DNA of 32,000 bases, taken from Candidatus Methanoperedens sp. Lineage in GTDB: Archaea; Halobacteriota; Methanosarcinia; Methanosarcinales; Methanoperedenaceae. The notes under the pieces are model-generated. The model did not search any database, was not told the DNA's origin, and was given only the letters and a program-made list of their open reading frames with translations. Below are positions 1 through 8,457 of the stretch, piece by piece; position 1 is the stretch's first letter; every line of letters begins with the position of its first letter. A program made the position numbers and the translations under genes. The stretch spans positions 270,001-302,000 of the forward strand of contig JBGQBI010000003.1 of the NCBI GenBank assembly GCA_041494705.1, given 5' to 3'.

Positions 1-1
1 G

Positions 2-619
2 AAAAACGATGCAAGTCTCAGGAACGAGGTGAATGCTCATCTTAAAAAAATAAATAAGGAATTTATGGGAACGATTGAAGTGAGGCACATAATAGAATTC
101 CTTTACAGGGATATAGGTCCAGAGAAACTTGGTAATTCAATAGAGAAACCTCTTCCGCTGAAAGTGGCTGTCCATTACGGCTGTCATCTCCTTAAGCCCA
201 CAAAGGACAGGAAGCTCGGGGGCGCCGAATGCCCCGTATTTTTTGATGAGCTTGTTGAGGCTACGGGTGCGACAAGCGTTCCATACGAAGGCAAAACGAG
301 CTGCTGCGGCGCAGGTGGAGGAGTCAGGTCGGCAATGCTTGAGACTTCGTTAAAGATGACGGAATACAAACTTGAGCGGATGAAAAAAGCCGGCGTTGAC
401 TGCATCGTGAATGCCTGCCCTTTTTGCCATTTGCAGTACGACGGCGGGCAGGTTGAACTTGCAAAAACCGGCAAGAAATATAACCTTCCTGTTATTCATT
501 ACAGCCAGTTCCTCGGGCTTGCGCTGGGATATACGCCCGAAGATGTAGGACTCCACCTTAATGCGATTGTGAGCGCAGGATTTGAAGAAAAAATAGCGCT
601 GATACAGAAAAAAGATTAG
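2..619 (+). CDS. hdrB: Heterodisulfide reductase subunit B (CCG-domain protein), 5' end outside the window
   Basis: The frame is open back to the window edge. Motifs seen: HYGCHLL, CCGAGGG and CPFCHLQYD, typical of the HdrB CCG cysteine-rich domain. Stop TAG at 617-619. Confidence 0.8.
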   Translation, partial: KNDASLRNEVNAHLKKINKEFMGTIEVRHIIEFLYRDIGPEKLGNSIEKPLPLKVAVHYGCHLLKPTKDRKLGGAECPVFFDELVEATGATSVPYEGKTSCCGAGGGVRSAMLETSLKMTEYKLERMKKAGVDCIVNACPFCHLQYDGGQVELAKTGKKYNLPVIHYSQFLGLALGYTPEDVGLHLNAIVSAGFEEKIALIQKKD

Positions 620-621
620 GT

Positions 622-677
622 TAGTGGGCAGGAGGGGGTTGATGGTGGTTTGGAAAAAAGGTTTGTTCTGCCCACTA
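622..677. repeat. Perfect 10-bp inverted repeat (tagtgggcag / ctgcccacta) with a 36-nt loop, just downstream of the hdrB stop
   Basis: Read directly: 622-631 is the exact reverse complement of 668-677. It lies between convergent genes, so it may be a transcript-end structure. Confidence 0.4.
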
Positions 678-724
678 TTCGTATATAGGCGAACATAATA
701 TTTAAAGGTTGCGCAATGGATTTT

Positions 725-901
725 TTAGTTGTTGGTGTATCCGCATTTGTTACATCTAACGCGATTTTCATTGATAGAAAGATTCTTAGAATTACAAACA
801 GGGCATTTTTTTAACTTGCTTTGGCGGGGATTACAATCCCTACAACGCCATGATTCGCCACGGATAGCCAGATTATTGCCCTTACATATCGGGCAGGTCA
901 T
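725..901 (-). CDS. Tandem zinc-ribbon protein. This is the minimal ATG-initiated version (58 aa); coding signal continues upstream to at least 985 (see findings).
   Basis: Minus-strand translation gives ...KPCPTCGSNNVRVEGTRFQCGDCGYDQPSKM TCPICKGNNLAIRGESWRCRDCNPRQSKLKK CPVCNSKNLSINENRVRCNKCGYTNN*. That is three CxxC-x13-CxxC repeats. The only canonical start (ATG, 899-901) lies after the first repeat. Not in the ORF track because it is under 60 aa. Confidence 0.6.
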   Translation of the reverse strand: MTCPICKGNNLAIRGESWRCRDCNPRQSKLKKCPVCNSKNLSINENRVRCNKCGYTNN

Positions 902-996
902 TTTGGAAGGTTGGTCATATCCACAATCCCCGCATTGAAATCTCGTTCCTTCAACTCTTACGTTGTTCGAGCCGCATGTGGGACAGGGTTTTAGTA

Positions 997-2325
997 TCAG
1001 ATGTTCACCTTTTTGATTTTTGAAAAATTGAATTGTTGTAGTATCAAGCCTGAGTTGCTAAGGTCAACAGCAATATCATATACACTTTTTTCAAATTTCT
1101 TTTCAATGTCATCCAACGATATCCATTTTTCTCCGGTTTCATCATGTAGTTTTTGAAGTTCTACCAAAAACTTTTCATGGTCGCGCGAATGTTTAATTTT
1201 AATATCTTCGGAGTAAATTAAGGCTGTGATTTGCTCTCTGTTTCTCCTTAATTTTTCAGCCTCGTAATCCCAAAGATAAGGTTTCCAATCATTGACATGC
1301 TGTAAGAATAGGTCGGTTGCTTCGTTTATTTCCCCGGTTTTTACGTTGGAATCGAGATATAATCTACTGAATGCAGTGGCTAATTTATTAACCGTATTCG
1401 CATCCACATTCAATATATTGCGCTCATCCATTATTTTTCTGATATTATCTTCAATGTTAGCGAGCGCATTATTGGTTTCGGCAAATGTCGGGTTATACAT
1501 CAAAGCCGTGATTTGATATTGGAGTAAAAGATAGGGTTCTGCAAGTTCAGCTTTCTTATATGTTGCTGATTTTATGAGCATTGGGATTTGTACGGGTAAT
1601 GATTCCGTAACCGCCAGCGCGTCTTTTGCTGATATACATGGTTTGCAGTAATTGACTTCACAGGGATTATTTCGTCTTAGATTATTAATAACATTCACGT
1701 CTTGCTTATTATTTATCATATTAAAATAATATTTATCGTTCATCTTCCTGAAATTCTTGGCTAAAATCGTATTGTATGTCACTTTTAAGTTTGGGATAAC
1801 AGTATTCGATAGTTTGCCGTAATTAGACAGTTTTGAAGCAATCGTGCCGATACCGCCTATTCCGTAAATAGAGGCAGGGCATGAAAGTAATTCCAGCGCA
1901 AGCATTAAATCAAGGTCGTCCTCGGCTGCGTCCTTCCAGTTCAAAGCGCATTGATACTTAAAGTCCTTATAACCGATATCGGGTTTGTGGTCTTTGATAT
2001 TAAACCTGAATTCTTTGTACCCATCAATAATGCAGAAGTTTTGATATTTGCCGAAGGTACTACGGTCATTGAATATGGGTTGTTGGACTATTTTCAGGGG
2101 CTTTACTTCTATACATGCGTTCTGCGGAGGCATTGGCTGTCCTTCCGGGACGATGTATAGATAATCCCGGTAGTGTTCGAAAAATGGAGTCAGCTTTAAC
2201 CTGAATGTTTTGTCGCTGGCATGGACTACCCAACCAATGTGTTCTTGGCTTTTGAGAAATAGGAAATCTCTTTCTATGGGCGCGAACCATCCGCCATATT
2301 CTCTTTTATTAAGGTCGAATGTCAT
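997..2325 (-). CDS. Hypothetical protein, 442 aa, no family recognised. AT-rich and Asn/Lys-rich; the C-terminal end looks winged-helix-like.
   Basis: Long uninterrupted ORF with no competing frame. Composition is visibly AT-richer than hdrB and the cyclophilin gene. No catalytic motif recognised by eye. Confidence 0.6.
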   Translation of the reverse strand: MTFDLNKREYGGWFAPIERDFLFLKSQEHIGWVVHASDKTFRLKLTPFFEHYRDYLYIVPEGQPMPPQNACIEVKPLKIVQQPIFNDRSTFGKYQNFCIIDGYKEFRFNIKDHKPDIGYKDFKYQCALNWKDAAEDDLDLMLALELLSCPASIYGIGGIGTIASKLSNYGKLSNTVIPNLKVTYNTILAKNFRKMNDKYYFNMINNKQDVNVINNLRRNNPCEVNYCKPCISAKDALAVTESLPVQIPMLIKSATYKKAELAEPYLLLQYQITALMYNPTFAETNNALANIEDNIRKIMDERNILNVDANTVNKLATAFSRLYLDSNVKTGEINEATDLFLQHVNDWKPYLWDYEAEKLRRNREQITALIYSEDIKIKHSRDHEKFLVELQKLHDETGEKWISLDDIEKKFEKSVYDIAVDLSNSGLILQQFNFSKIKKVNI

Positions 2326-2476
2326 GACCCGTTTTTGCCTCGCTTTTTTGTGGGAAGGCGTTTTGGGAATTTAAACATTTCGGCAATGAATTATTTCAGG
2401 TCCAATCTGAATAAGTAAATATCCCCATTTCAAAAATCACTTATACCATAACCGCCTCTAAGCCATCGTGATAATT

Positions 2477-2905
2477 ATGCCAAACAGAACCGCAATCTTA
2501 GAAACAGCTAAAGGAACGATAAAAATCGAACTTAAGGAAGCGGAAGCTCCGATAACAACCCAGAACTTCATTAAACTTACGCAGAAGAGGTTCTATGACG
2601 GGCTTACTTTCCACAGGGTCATACGCGGTTTTATGATACAGGGCGGAGACCCCAAAGGAAATGGAACAGGCGGCCCTGGTTATGCAATAAAAGATGAATT
2701 TCATCCAAAACTAAAACACACAAAAGGGGCATTATCCATGGCCAATTCAGGTCCAAACAGCGGAGGGAGCCAGTTTTTTATCACTGAAGAACCACAACCA
2801 CACCTTGACGGAAAACATTCTGTGTTCGGACAGGTAATTGTTGGTCAGGACGTAGTGGAAAAAATCAAACAGGGCGATAAGATTATAAAAGTTGTAATCC
2901 AATAA
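2477..2905 (+). CDS. Cyclophilin-type peptidyl-prolyl cis-trans isomerase
   Basis: [38 protein letters not shown] and HSVFGQV are classic cyclophilin motifs. Start is ATG 2477, or GTG 2468 as in the ORF track. Confidence 0.9.
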   Translation: MPNRTAILETAKGTIKIELKEAEAPITTQNFIKLTQKRFYDGLTFHRVIRGFMIQGGDPKGNGTGGPGYAIKDEFHPKLKHTKGALSMANSGPNSGGSQFFITEEPQPHLDGKHSVFGQVIVGQDVVEKIKQGDKIIKVVIQ

Positions 2906-2949
2906 TCTTAATAGAAACCGTAGATACTGGAGTTGTCATGAAGATTGAC

Positions 2950-3058
2950 ACGTATGGCAGAGCCATACGTCAAGGGTTGCGCCCCTTGAGGACGCGTCCA
3001 CGTATGCCAGATGCGCTGGCATACGTGTGCACGGCGTCAACTGACGTGACGGTTGACG
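2950..3058. repeat. GC-rich cluster of four perfect hairpins (REP-like element or structured RNA candidate)
   Basis: Stems read directly. 2950-2970: acgtatggc/gccatacgt. 2970-2989: tcaaggg/cccttga. 2999-3027: cacgtatgccag/ctggcatacgtg (12 bp). 3035-3058: cgtcaac/gttgacg. Shares the core gggttgcgcccctt with the element at 8352-8429. Confidence 0.6.
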
Positions 3059-3148
3059 TGAATGCGCCCTTCCGTTCGCAAAGCGTGTCGAAGACAGGCG
3101 CGACTCGGAATCTGCGGCTTTAATCTAATATAAATCCGGTTAGGTCTT

Positions 3149-3706
3149 ATGACTCTTAGAATCGCATGGGGAATCACAGGCTGCGGGGACTATCTCAAAG
3201 AAAGCCTCGATATAATGAAAGACCTCGCAAGAGAGCACAATCTGGACGTGCGAGTATATCTCTCTGAGGCAGGCGAGATGGTGGTAAAATGGTACAGGCT
3301 CTTCAATGACCTGAAAACAAGCTTTCCCAAAACCTATTCAGAGAAGTCGCCCAACATCCCCTTCCTGGTAGGGGATTTGCAGCTTGGGAAATACGATTTC
3401 CTCCTTATCACGCCTTCAACTTCAAACACCGTTGCGAAAATCGCTGCGGGCATTTCGGATACGCTGCTCACGAATGCAGCGGCGCAGGCGATGAAAGCAA
3501 AAGTGCCTGTCTATATTTTTCCCGCAGACCAGAGAAGGGGCGAAGTAACCACGGATTTACCGGACGGAAGAAAACTCACACTCACGATGCGGGATGTGGA
3601 TATCGAAGCCGTGGACAAGCTCCGGAAAATGCCTGGAATAACCGTGCTTGGACACCCCGATGAGATAAGAGAAGTGATTAAAAAGCTCATCGAGAGCAAA
3701 AAATAG
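3149..3706 (+). CDS. afpA: Archaeoflavoprotein (AfpA / MJ0208-family flavoprotein)
   Basis: N-terminal IAWGITGCGDYL, plus ITPSTSNTVAKIAAGISDTLLTNAA, typical of the PF02441-type flavoprotein fold. Size (185 aa) fits. Confidence 0.6.
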   Translation: MTLRIAWGITGCGDYLKESLDIMKDLAREHNLDVRVYLSEAGEMVVKWYRLFNDLKTSFPKTYSEKSPNIPFLVGDLQLGKYDFLLITPSTSNTVAKIAAGISDTLLTNAAAQAMKAKVPVYIFPADQRRGEVTTDLPDGRKLTLTMRDVDIEAVDKLRKMPGITVLGHPDEIREVIKKLIESKK

Positions 3707-3708
3707 GC

Positions 3709-4239
3709 TTACGGTTTCTCGTATTCGAAATAAGTGCATACGTTGTCTTTACATCTGATTACTTTCCCTTTCACTGTATTTTTTATAATTTCAAGCTCGA
3801 TTGCGCTTGGTTCTGCTATGCCGGGAACCGTTGCGCTGCCAGGTGAAAGAAGCAACACATCTGTTTTTTGCACTATCGGATGATGGAAATGCCCGAATAC
3901 GAGTACATCCACGCCCATTTCCTTTGCAAGGTAGCGAAGCCCGTCTGTGTTCTCCGATGTTAGCTGCCCTTTGTGTATAACTCCGATTTTCACCCCTTCT
4001 ACCTTTATGATTTTGCGCTCAGGAAGGAGCTTCATTAATTCGGGGCTGTCAGTATCGCCATGAACTGCTACGAGCTTCCCCAGACCCTTAAGTTCGTTAT
4101 AACATCCGAGAGATTCAAAATCCCCTGCGTGAATGATGATGCCTGAACGTTTGATAATGGAAATAAGTTCCCTGGGAAGATTCTTCTCTAGCGATTGCCC
4201 CTGCTTAATATGGGTATCAGATAAAACAATAATTTTCAT
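3709..4239 (-). CDS. Metallophosphoesterase, MJ0936/YfcE family
   Basis: Calcineurin-like signature motifs in the expected order: LSDTH, HAGDF, HGDTD, GHFH. Confidence 0.8.
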   Translation of the reverse strand: MKIIVLSDTHIKQGQSLEKNLPRELISIIKRSGIIIHAGDFESLGCYNELKGLGKLVAVHGDTDSPELMKLLPERKIIKVEGVKIGVIHKGQLTSENTDGLRYLAKEMGVDVLVFGHFHHPIVQKTDVLLLSPGSATVPGIAEPSAIELEIIKNTVKGKVIRCKDNVCTYFEYEKP

Positions 4240-4266
4240 AGTGGGAAGAAATAAGAAAATTTTCTA

Positions 4267-5601
4267 TTATTTGCTCTTCTTTATCTTTTTGGATTTTAAC
4301 CATTCATCTATAATCTCTTCCAGCTTAACATCAACTTCCTCAATCCTGTATCTCACCCTCACAACAGGCTTATTGAGAAGAAGTAAGCCGCCAAGGTCAA
4401 TTGGCGTGCCCGCAATCACAGCATCGCAATCCGCGGCGTTTATGGTCATCTCCAGTTCCTTCGTCTGGACAACGCTATAACCCATAGCAGGAAGCACTGC
4501 GCCAAGATGCGGGAAGTCCTTATAAACTTTCAAAATCGAGCCCACGGCATGCGGGCGCGGGTCAATCACTTCTTTAGCCCCGTATTTCTTTGCAGCGATA
4601 ACACCTGCGCCGAAAGCCATTCCGCCGTGGGTCAAAGTGGGCCCGTCCTCCACGACAAGAACGCGTTTCCCTTTTATCAATTCAGGTTTGTCGGCAGTTA
4701 TCGCGGAATTGGCTTTTATGATTATTGCTTTTTTATTTATTGACCTGACATTTTTGATAACCAGCTCTACATCCTCTTTCCTTGCCGAATCCACCTTGTT
4801 CACAATAACCACATCTGCAAGACGTACATTCACCTCGCCAGGATAATAGGTCAACTCATGCCCTGCCCTGTGCGGGTCTGCAATTACGATATGGAGGTCT
4901 GGCTTGTAAAAAGGGATATCGTTGTTACCCCCATCCCAGATAATAATATCCGCTTCCTTCTCGGCAGCGCCAAGGATTTTCTTAAAATCAACGCCGCTGT
5001 AAACCACGCTTCCGCAGCAGATATACGGCTCATACTCCTCCCTCTCTTCTATAGTGCATTCGTTACGCACGCAATCTTCCATCGAAGCAAACCTCTGGCA
5101 TTCCTGCCTGAGAAGGTCTCCATACGGCATCGGGTGGCGCACTACCACCACTCTATACCCTCTTTCTTTTAAGATGTCCACCAATTTTTGCGATGTCGGG
5201 CTTTTTCCTGCGCCGGTTCTCACGGCACATACCGAAATAACAGGTTTTATTGACCGAAGCATGGTGCTTTCAGTACCCATCAATCGGAAATCCGCACCTG
5301 CTGCCAGAACCAGAGAGGCTTTCTGCATAACCGTTTCATGCGACAGGTCAGAATAAGCGAGAACCACCTGGTCGATACTGTGCTTCTTAATGAGACCTGT
5401 CAGCTCTTCCTCGGGATATATCGGGATGCCGTTCCCATACAGCGGACCTGCCAGTTCTTTTGGGTAAACGCGTCCTGCAATCCCGGGAATCTGAGCGGCT
5501 GTGAAAGCCACAACCTCATAATTTTCATTATCCCTGAAATAAACATTGAAATTATGAAAATCCCGCCCTGCGGCTCCCATTATTAAGACTTTTGTCTTCA
5601 T
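4267..5601 (-). CDS. COG2403-family P-loop protein (cyclic 2,3-diphosphoglycerate synthetase-like)
   Basis: N-terminal ILIMGAAGRDFHNFN, P-loop VRTGAGKSPTS, about 444 aa. Resemblance to the cpgS/COG2403 family is from memory of that family, not a search. Confidence 0.5.
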   Translation of the reverse strand: MKTKVLIMGAAGRDFHNFNVYFRDNENYEVVAFTAAQIPGIAGRVYPKELAGPLYGNGIPIYPEEELTGLIKKHSIDQVVLAYSDLSHETVMQKASLVLAAGADFRLMGTESTMLRSIKPVISVCAVRTGAGKSPTSQKLVDILKERGYRVVVVRHPMPYGDLLRQECQRFASMEDCVRNECTIEEREEYEPYICCGSVVYSGVDFKKILGAAEKEADIIIWDGGNNDIPFYKPDLHIVIADPHRAGHELTYYPGEVNVRLADVVIVNKVDSARKEDVELVIKNVRSINKKAIIIKANSAITADKPELIKGKRVLVVEDGPTLTHGGMAFGAGVIAAKKYGAKEVIDPRPHAVGSILKVYKDFPHLGAVLPAMGYSVVQTKELEMTINAADCDAVIAGTPIDLGGLLLLNKPVVRVRYRIEEVDVKLEEIIDEWLKSKKIKKSK

Positions 5602-5657
5602 GAACTAACCTCGCTGCTTAAATGATTAGTCCTGCTATCACTTAATTGTATGCCTTT

Positions 5658-7331
5658 TCAATCCTCATCAACAAACTTTGCGCTGGTATCTTCCCTGAGC
5701 ATACCTTTGATAACAACCGCGTATGCAGGTCTTGCCAAAAAGACACCTATGAACACACCGACTATGGTAATTTCTGCAAAACCCCTGAGGGCGCTTGAAT
5801 CCATGAAGAATATGAGAGGCAACATAGCTACAAGTACCGTGGCTGCCGCCGCAAAGATTATGGCAAACGCTTTCGAGATGCGGGATTTGTACACCTTGTC
5901 CGGCGGCATGGCGCCGCCTGCGAGTACTTCGTCTGTTATAATTATGAGATGGTCTACGCCAGTACCTATTACCGCAATGATTCCCGCAATAGTGGCCAGG
6001 TCAAGCTGGAGCCCGAAAAGAACTGCAAATCCCAGGATTATGATGATTTCGCTGAATGATGTTGAGAGCATCGGGATTATGATATTGGGCTGCTTATACC
6101 TGAGAGAAACTACAAAGGCTACCAATATCAGAGCGACCAATCCGGCGATTAAGACCTGCTCTTTAAATTTGGCTCCAAGAGGTGCTGATACTTCACCGGA
6201 ACCGGCCTCTAGCACCTGGACCGGCAATGCGCCTGCTCTCAAATGAAGCTGGAGCTCTTTTGCTTTCTCCTGTCCCGCGTCACCGGTGCCCGTAGTAGCT
6301 ACCATGTTTTTCACAGGAACACTCTGTATGTTCTTTGCCAGATTGGCAGCAAGCGGTGCATCAAATACAAGATTACCATCAAGATACATACTGAGGTAAT
6401 GCGCGGCTGGATTTGTCACCGCCCCATATTGTATCGCTGCGTCACGAAGCGCTTTAGCCCCGTCATCGGTGAGTTCAAAGGATACGCCCCAGTAACCCCC
6501 CTGCTCCGTCTGCGGGACTCCTACTCCTGTTATCTGGTCCCCGAAAAGCACATGTTCTGTCTCGTTACCTTTAGTCTGTATCCGTATCTCGAATTTTCCA
6601 GGTGTAAGCGCAAGCTTTCTCGCTTCTTCTATGGATACTCCGGGCAGGTCGATAAGTAAATAATTATCGCCTATTGGCGTTATCGTTATCTGCTTAACGG
6701 CAATGGGATTGAGTTTGTTTTCAAGCCTCTGTTTTGTCTCATCGCGGGTTTCTGTGGTTACACCCACCCGGAACGGCGGGATGACTTTTCCGCCAACGGG
6801 TTGTAAAATGGCGTTCAATGATTGTTCGGTTACGGCTTTTCTTATCTCGAATGTTGGAAAGTTGCCCGGTATCTGCTTGACATCAGCGCTCAGTTTGTCT
6901 TTCAGGTATGTTTGAATTAAAAAATCCTTGTTTGTTTGCAGTGTTACCTTGGTTCCCCCTGACGGGGCGACTGATAGTGTAGATGGGCCAAATCCCAATG
7001 AATCCATAGTTTTCTGGGTAACCTCTTTTGAAGTTGTGAAAGTGATAGAAGCTGCCGTGGCTTCGTCTATTTTAATAGAGGAATCATTCAGCAATTTTCC
7101 CAATTCTATCTGGGCAATTTTTCCTGGGTCGGCATCCACCTGCGCGATAGCTCCCTGGAGCTGCACCTGCAGCCATGAACCGCCGTCAAGATCAATACCG
7201 TACTTTAAGTTGTTCTGGATATGAAATTGACCATTAGAGTATGACACCGTGATAGCAGTAATCGAGCCCAGAATAACAGCAATGAGCAGCAGGACGCGCC
7301 AGTTCTTATAAAAAGGTTCTTCTTCGTTCAT
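5658..7331 (-). CDS. secD: Archaeal protein-export membrane protein SecD
   Basis: N-terminal TM, a large extracytoplasmic domain, then a C-terminal six-TM block (GTGVDHLIIITDE...). ATGA overlap with the upstream secF, the typical archaeal secF-secD order. Confidence 0.85.
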   Translation of the reverse strand: MNEEEPFYKNWRVLLLIAVILGSITAITVSYSNGQFHIQNNLKYGIDLDGGSWLQVQLQGAIAQVDADPGKIAQIELGKLLNDSSIKIDEATAASITFTTSKEVTQKTMDSLGFGPSTLSVAPSGGTKVTLQTNKDFLIQTYLKDKLSADVKQIPGNFPTFEIRKAVTEQSLNAILQPVGGKVIPPFRVGVTTETRDETKQRLENKLNPIAVKQITITPIGDNYLLIDLPGVSIEEARKLALTPGKFEIRIQTKGNETEHVLFGDQITGVGVPQTEQGGYWGVSFELTDDGAKALRDAAIQYGAVTNPAAHYLSMYLDGNLVFDAPLAANLAKNIQSVPVKNMVATTGTGDAGQEKAKELQLHLRAGALPVQVLEAGSGEVSAPLGAKFKEQVLIAGLVALILVAFVVSLRYKQPNIIIPMLSTSFSEIIIILGFAVLFGLQLDLATIAGIIAVIGTGVDHLIIITDEVLAGGAMPPDKVYKSRISKAFAIIFAAAATVLVAMLPLIFFMDSSALRGFAEITIVGVFIGVFLARPAYAVVIKGMLREDTSAKFVDED

Positions 7332-8269
7332 GATGTCTGCCTCTTCTTTTTTGGTTTTTCAATTACTTTTTCCATTTTCCGCGTACCTTTTTCTATATAC
7401 CACCTGAGGATACCAACGTTGGTCATCCAGGTGTTTATGATGTCCGCAATCAGGCCGAAAATGAGCACAACAGAAATGTCCCGGATTATATCAATACGCG
7501 TGAACGATATAATAAGACCGGATGAGACAAAAAACATGGCAATAAGAGCGGCGAGCGCTGTTAAGGTCATAGTTAACCCGGTTACCATTGCGTCCTTTAT
7601 CTTATCGTTTAATTCCCCTTTACGTTTGAGAAGCCGCGTAGTTAAAAGTATATCCGTGTCCACGGAATAACCAATAAGCATCAGAAGAGCCGCTACTGTT
7701 CCAAGAGACAGAAATATCCCGAATACATCAGTCATCGCAGCCGCAAACGTAATGTCGGCAAATGCAGATATAACTACGGCTATGGATGGAACAAATGTCT
7801 TGTAAATTATGAAAATCACGATTGCCATAAAAACGAACGAGATAACTATGGCGCGAACCGCCTGGCCCTGCAATGATTTACTGAACTGTTCTCCCATGTC
7901 ACTTATTTCCACAGTATCGGGATTCGTAGATTCAGATTTTACTTTTTTGATTAGCTCATCTTTTAAAGATGCGTCCATCGGGCTGAATTCCATTATTTTT
8001 CGGTCCCCAACACTGTATTGTCTTACCTCAACCCCGGGGTAATTCGCAAACTCCTCTTTCAATTGGTCCGGAGTTTTTAAACTATCAAAAATTATCGCCG
8101 TACCGCCCTTGAATTCCAAACCGAGTTCAACAGGCGCCCCTGTTTTGTAGGTTGTGTAAGCCAGTATGGAAAGCGATAACAAAAGCAGTATTACTGGAAA
8201 AATGAGCATCTGTTTAAAATTAAAGTTTTTAACATAGGCTTCTATTGCCTTATCATTGATCAATTTCAT
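7328..8269 (-). CDS. secF: Archaeal protein-export membrane protein SecF
   Basis: 313 aa, N-terminal TM plus periplasmic loop (GLEFKGGT), C-terminal TM bundle (GYSVDTDILLTTR). Translationally coupled to secD. Confidence 0.85.
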   Translation of the reverse strand: MKLINDKAIEAYVKNFNFKQMLIFPVILLLLSLSILAYTTYKTGAPVELGLEFKGGTAIIFDSLKTPDQLKEEFANYPGVEVRQYSVGDRKIMEFSPMDASLKDELIKKVKSESTNPDTVEISDMGEQFSKSLQGQAVRAIVISFVFMAIVIFIIYKTFVPSIAVVISAFADITFAAAMTDVFGIFLSLGTVAALLMLIGYSVDTDILLTTRLLKRKGELNDKIKDAMVTGLTMTLTALAALIAMFFVSSGLIISFTRIDIIRDISVVLIFGLIADIINTWMTNVGILRWYIEKGTRKMEKVIEKPKKKRQTS

Positions 8270-8351
8270 CGGGATTCTCCTTTCGACAGGTTAAGATTCG
8301 CTTAGATTATAACACAACATATTTACCTTTTGCTATTTGCATTGTTTTTCT

Positions 8352-8429
8352 CATAAAGGGGTTGCGCCCCTTTATGACGTCCCGAGTCACGCCTCGGGAG
8401 GGCGTGTTGGGGTATGCTTTGCATACCCC
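8352..8429. repeat. GC-rich cluster of three perfect hairpins, related to the element at 2950-3058
   Basis: 8352-8376: cataaagggg/cccctttatg (10 bp). 8380-8399: tcccgag/ctcggga. 8409-8429: ggggtatgc/gcatacccc. Contains the same 14-nt core gggttgcgcccctt. Confidence 0.6.
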
Positions 8430-8457
8430 TCGTTTGATAAACCTTTCTTAAAGTTAT

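Noticed and set aside
729-938. 69-aa plus-strand ORF (MLVYPHLLHLTRFSLIERF...)
   Set aside because: It lies antisense to the triple zinc-ribbon frame, whose regular CxxC spacing is much stronger coding evidence.
2938-3123. 61-aa ORF (MKIDTYGRAIRQGLRPLRTRPRMP...)
   Set aside because: It coincides exactly with the multi-hairpin GC-rich element. Its Arg/Pro/Thr-rich composition is a by-product of palindromic GC-rich DNA.
5650-6246. 198-aa ORF antisense to secD. Similar long antisense ORFs occur at 27320..27838, 26004..26477, 21507..21980 and 4133..4480.
   Set aside because: Each lies opposite a CDS with clear family motifs and has low-complexity or hydrophobic mirror composition. These are typical shadow ORFs.
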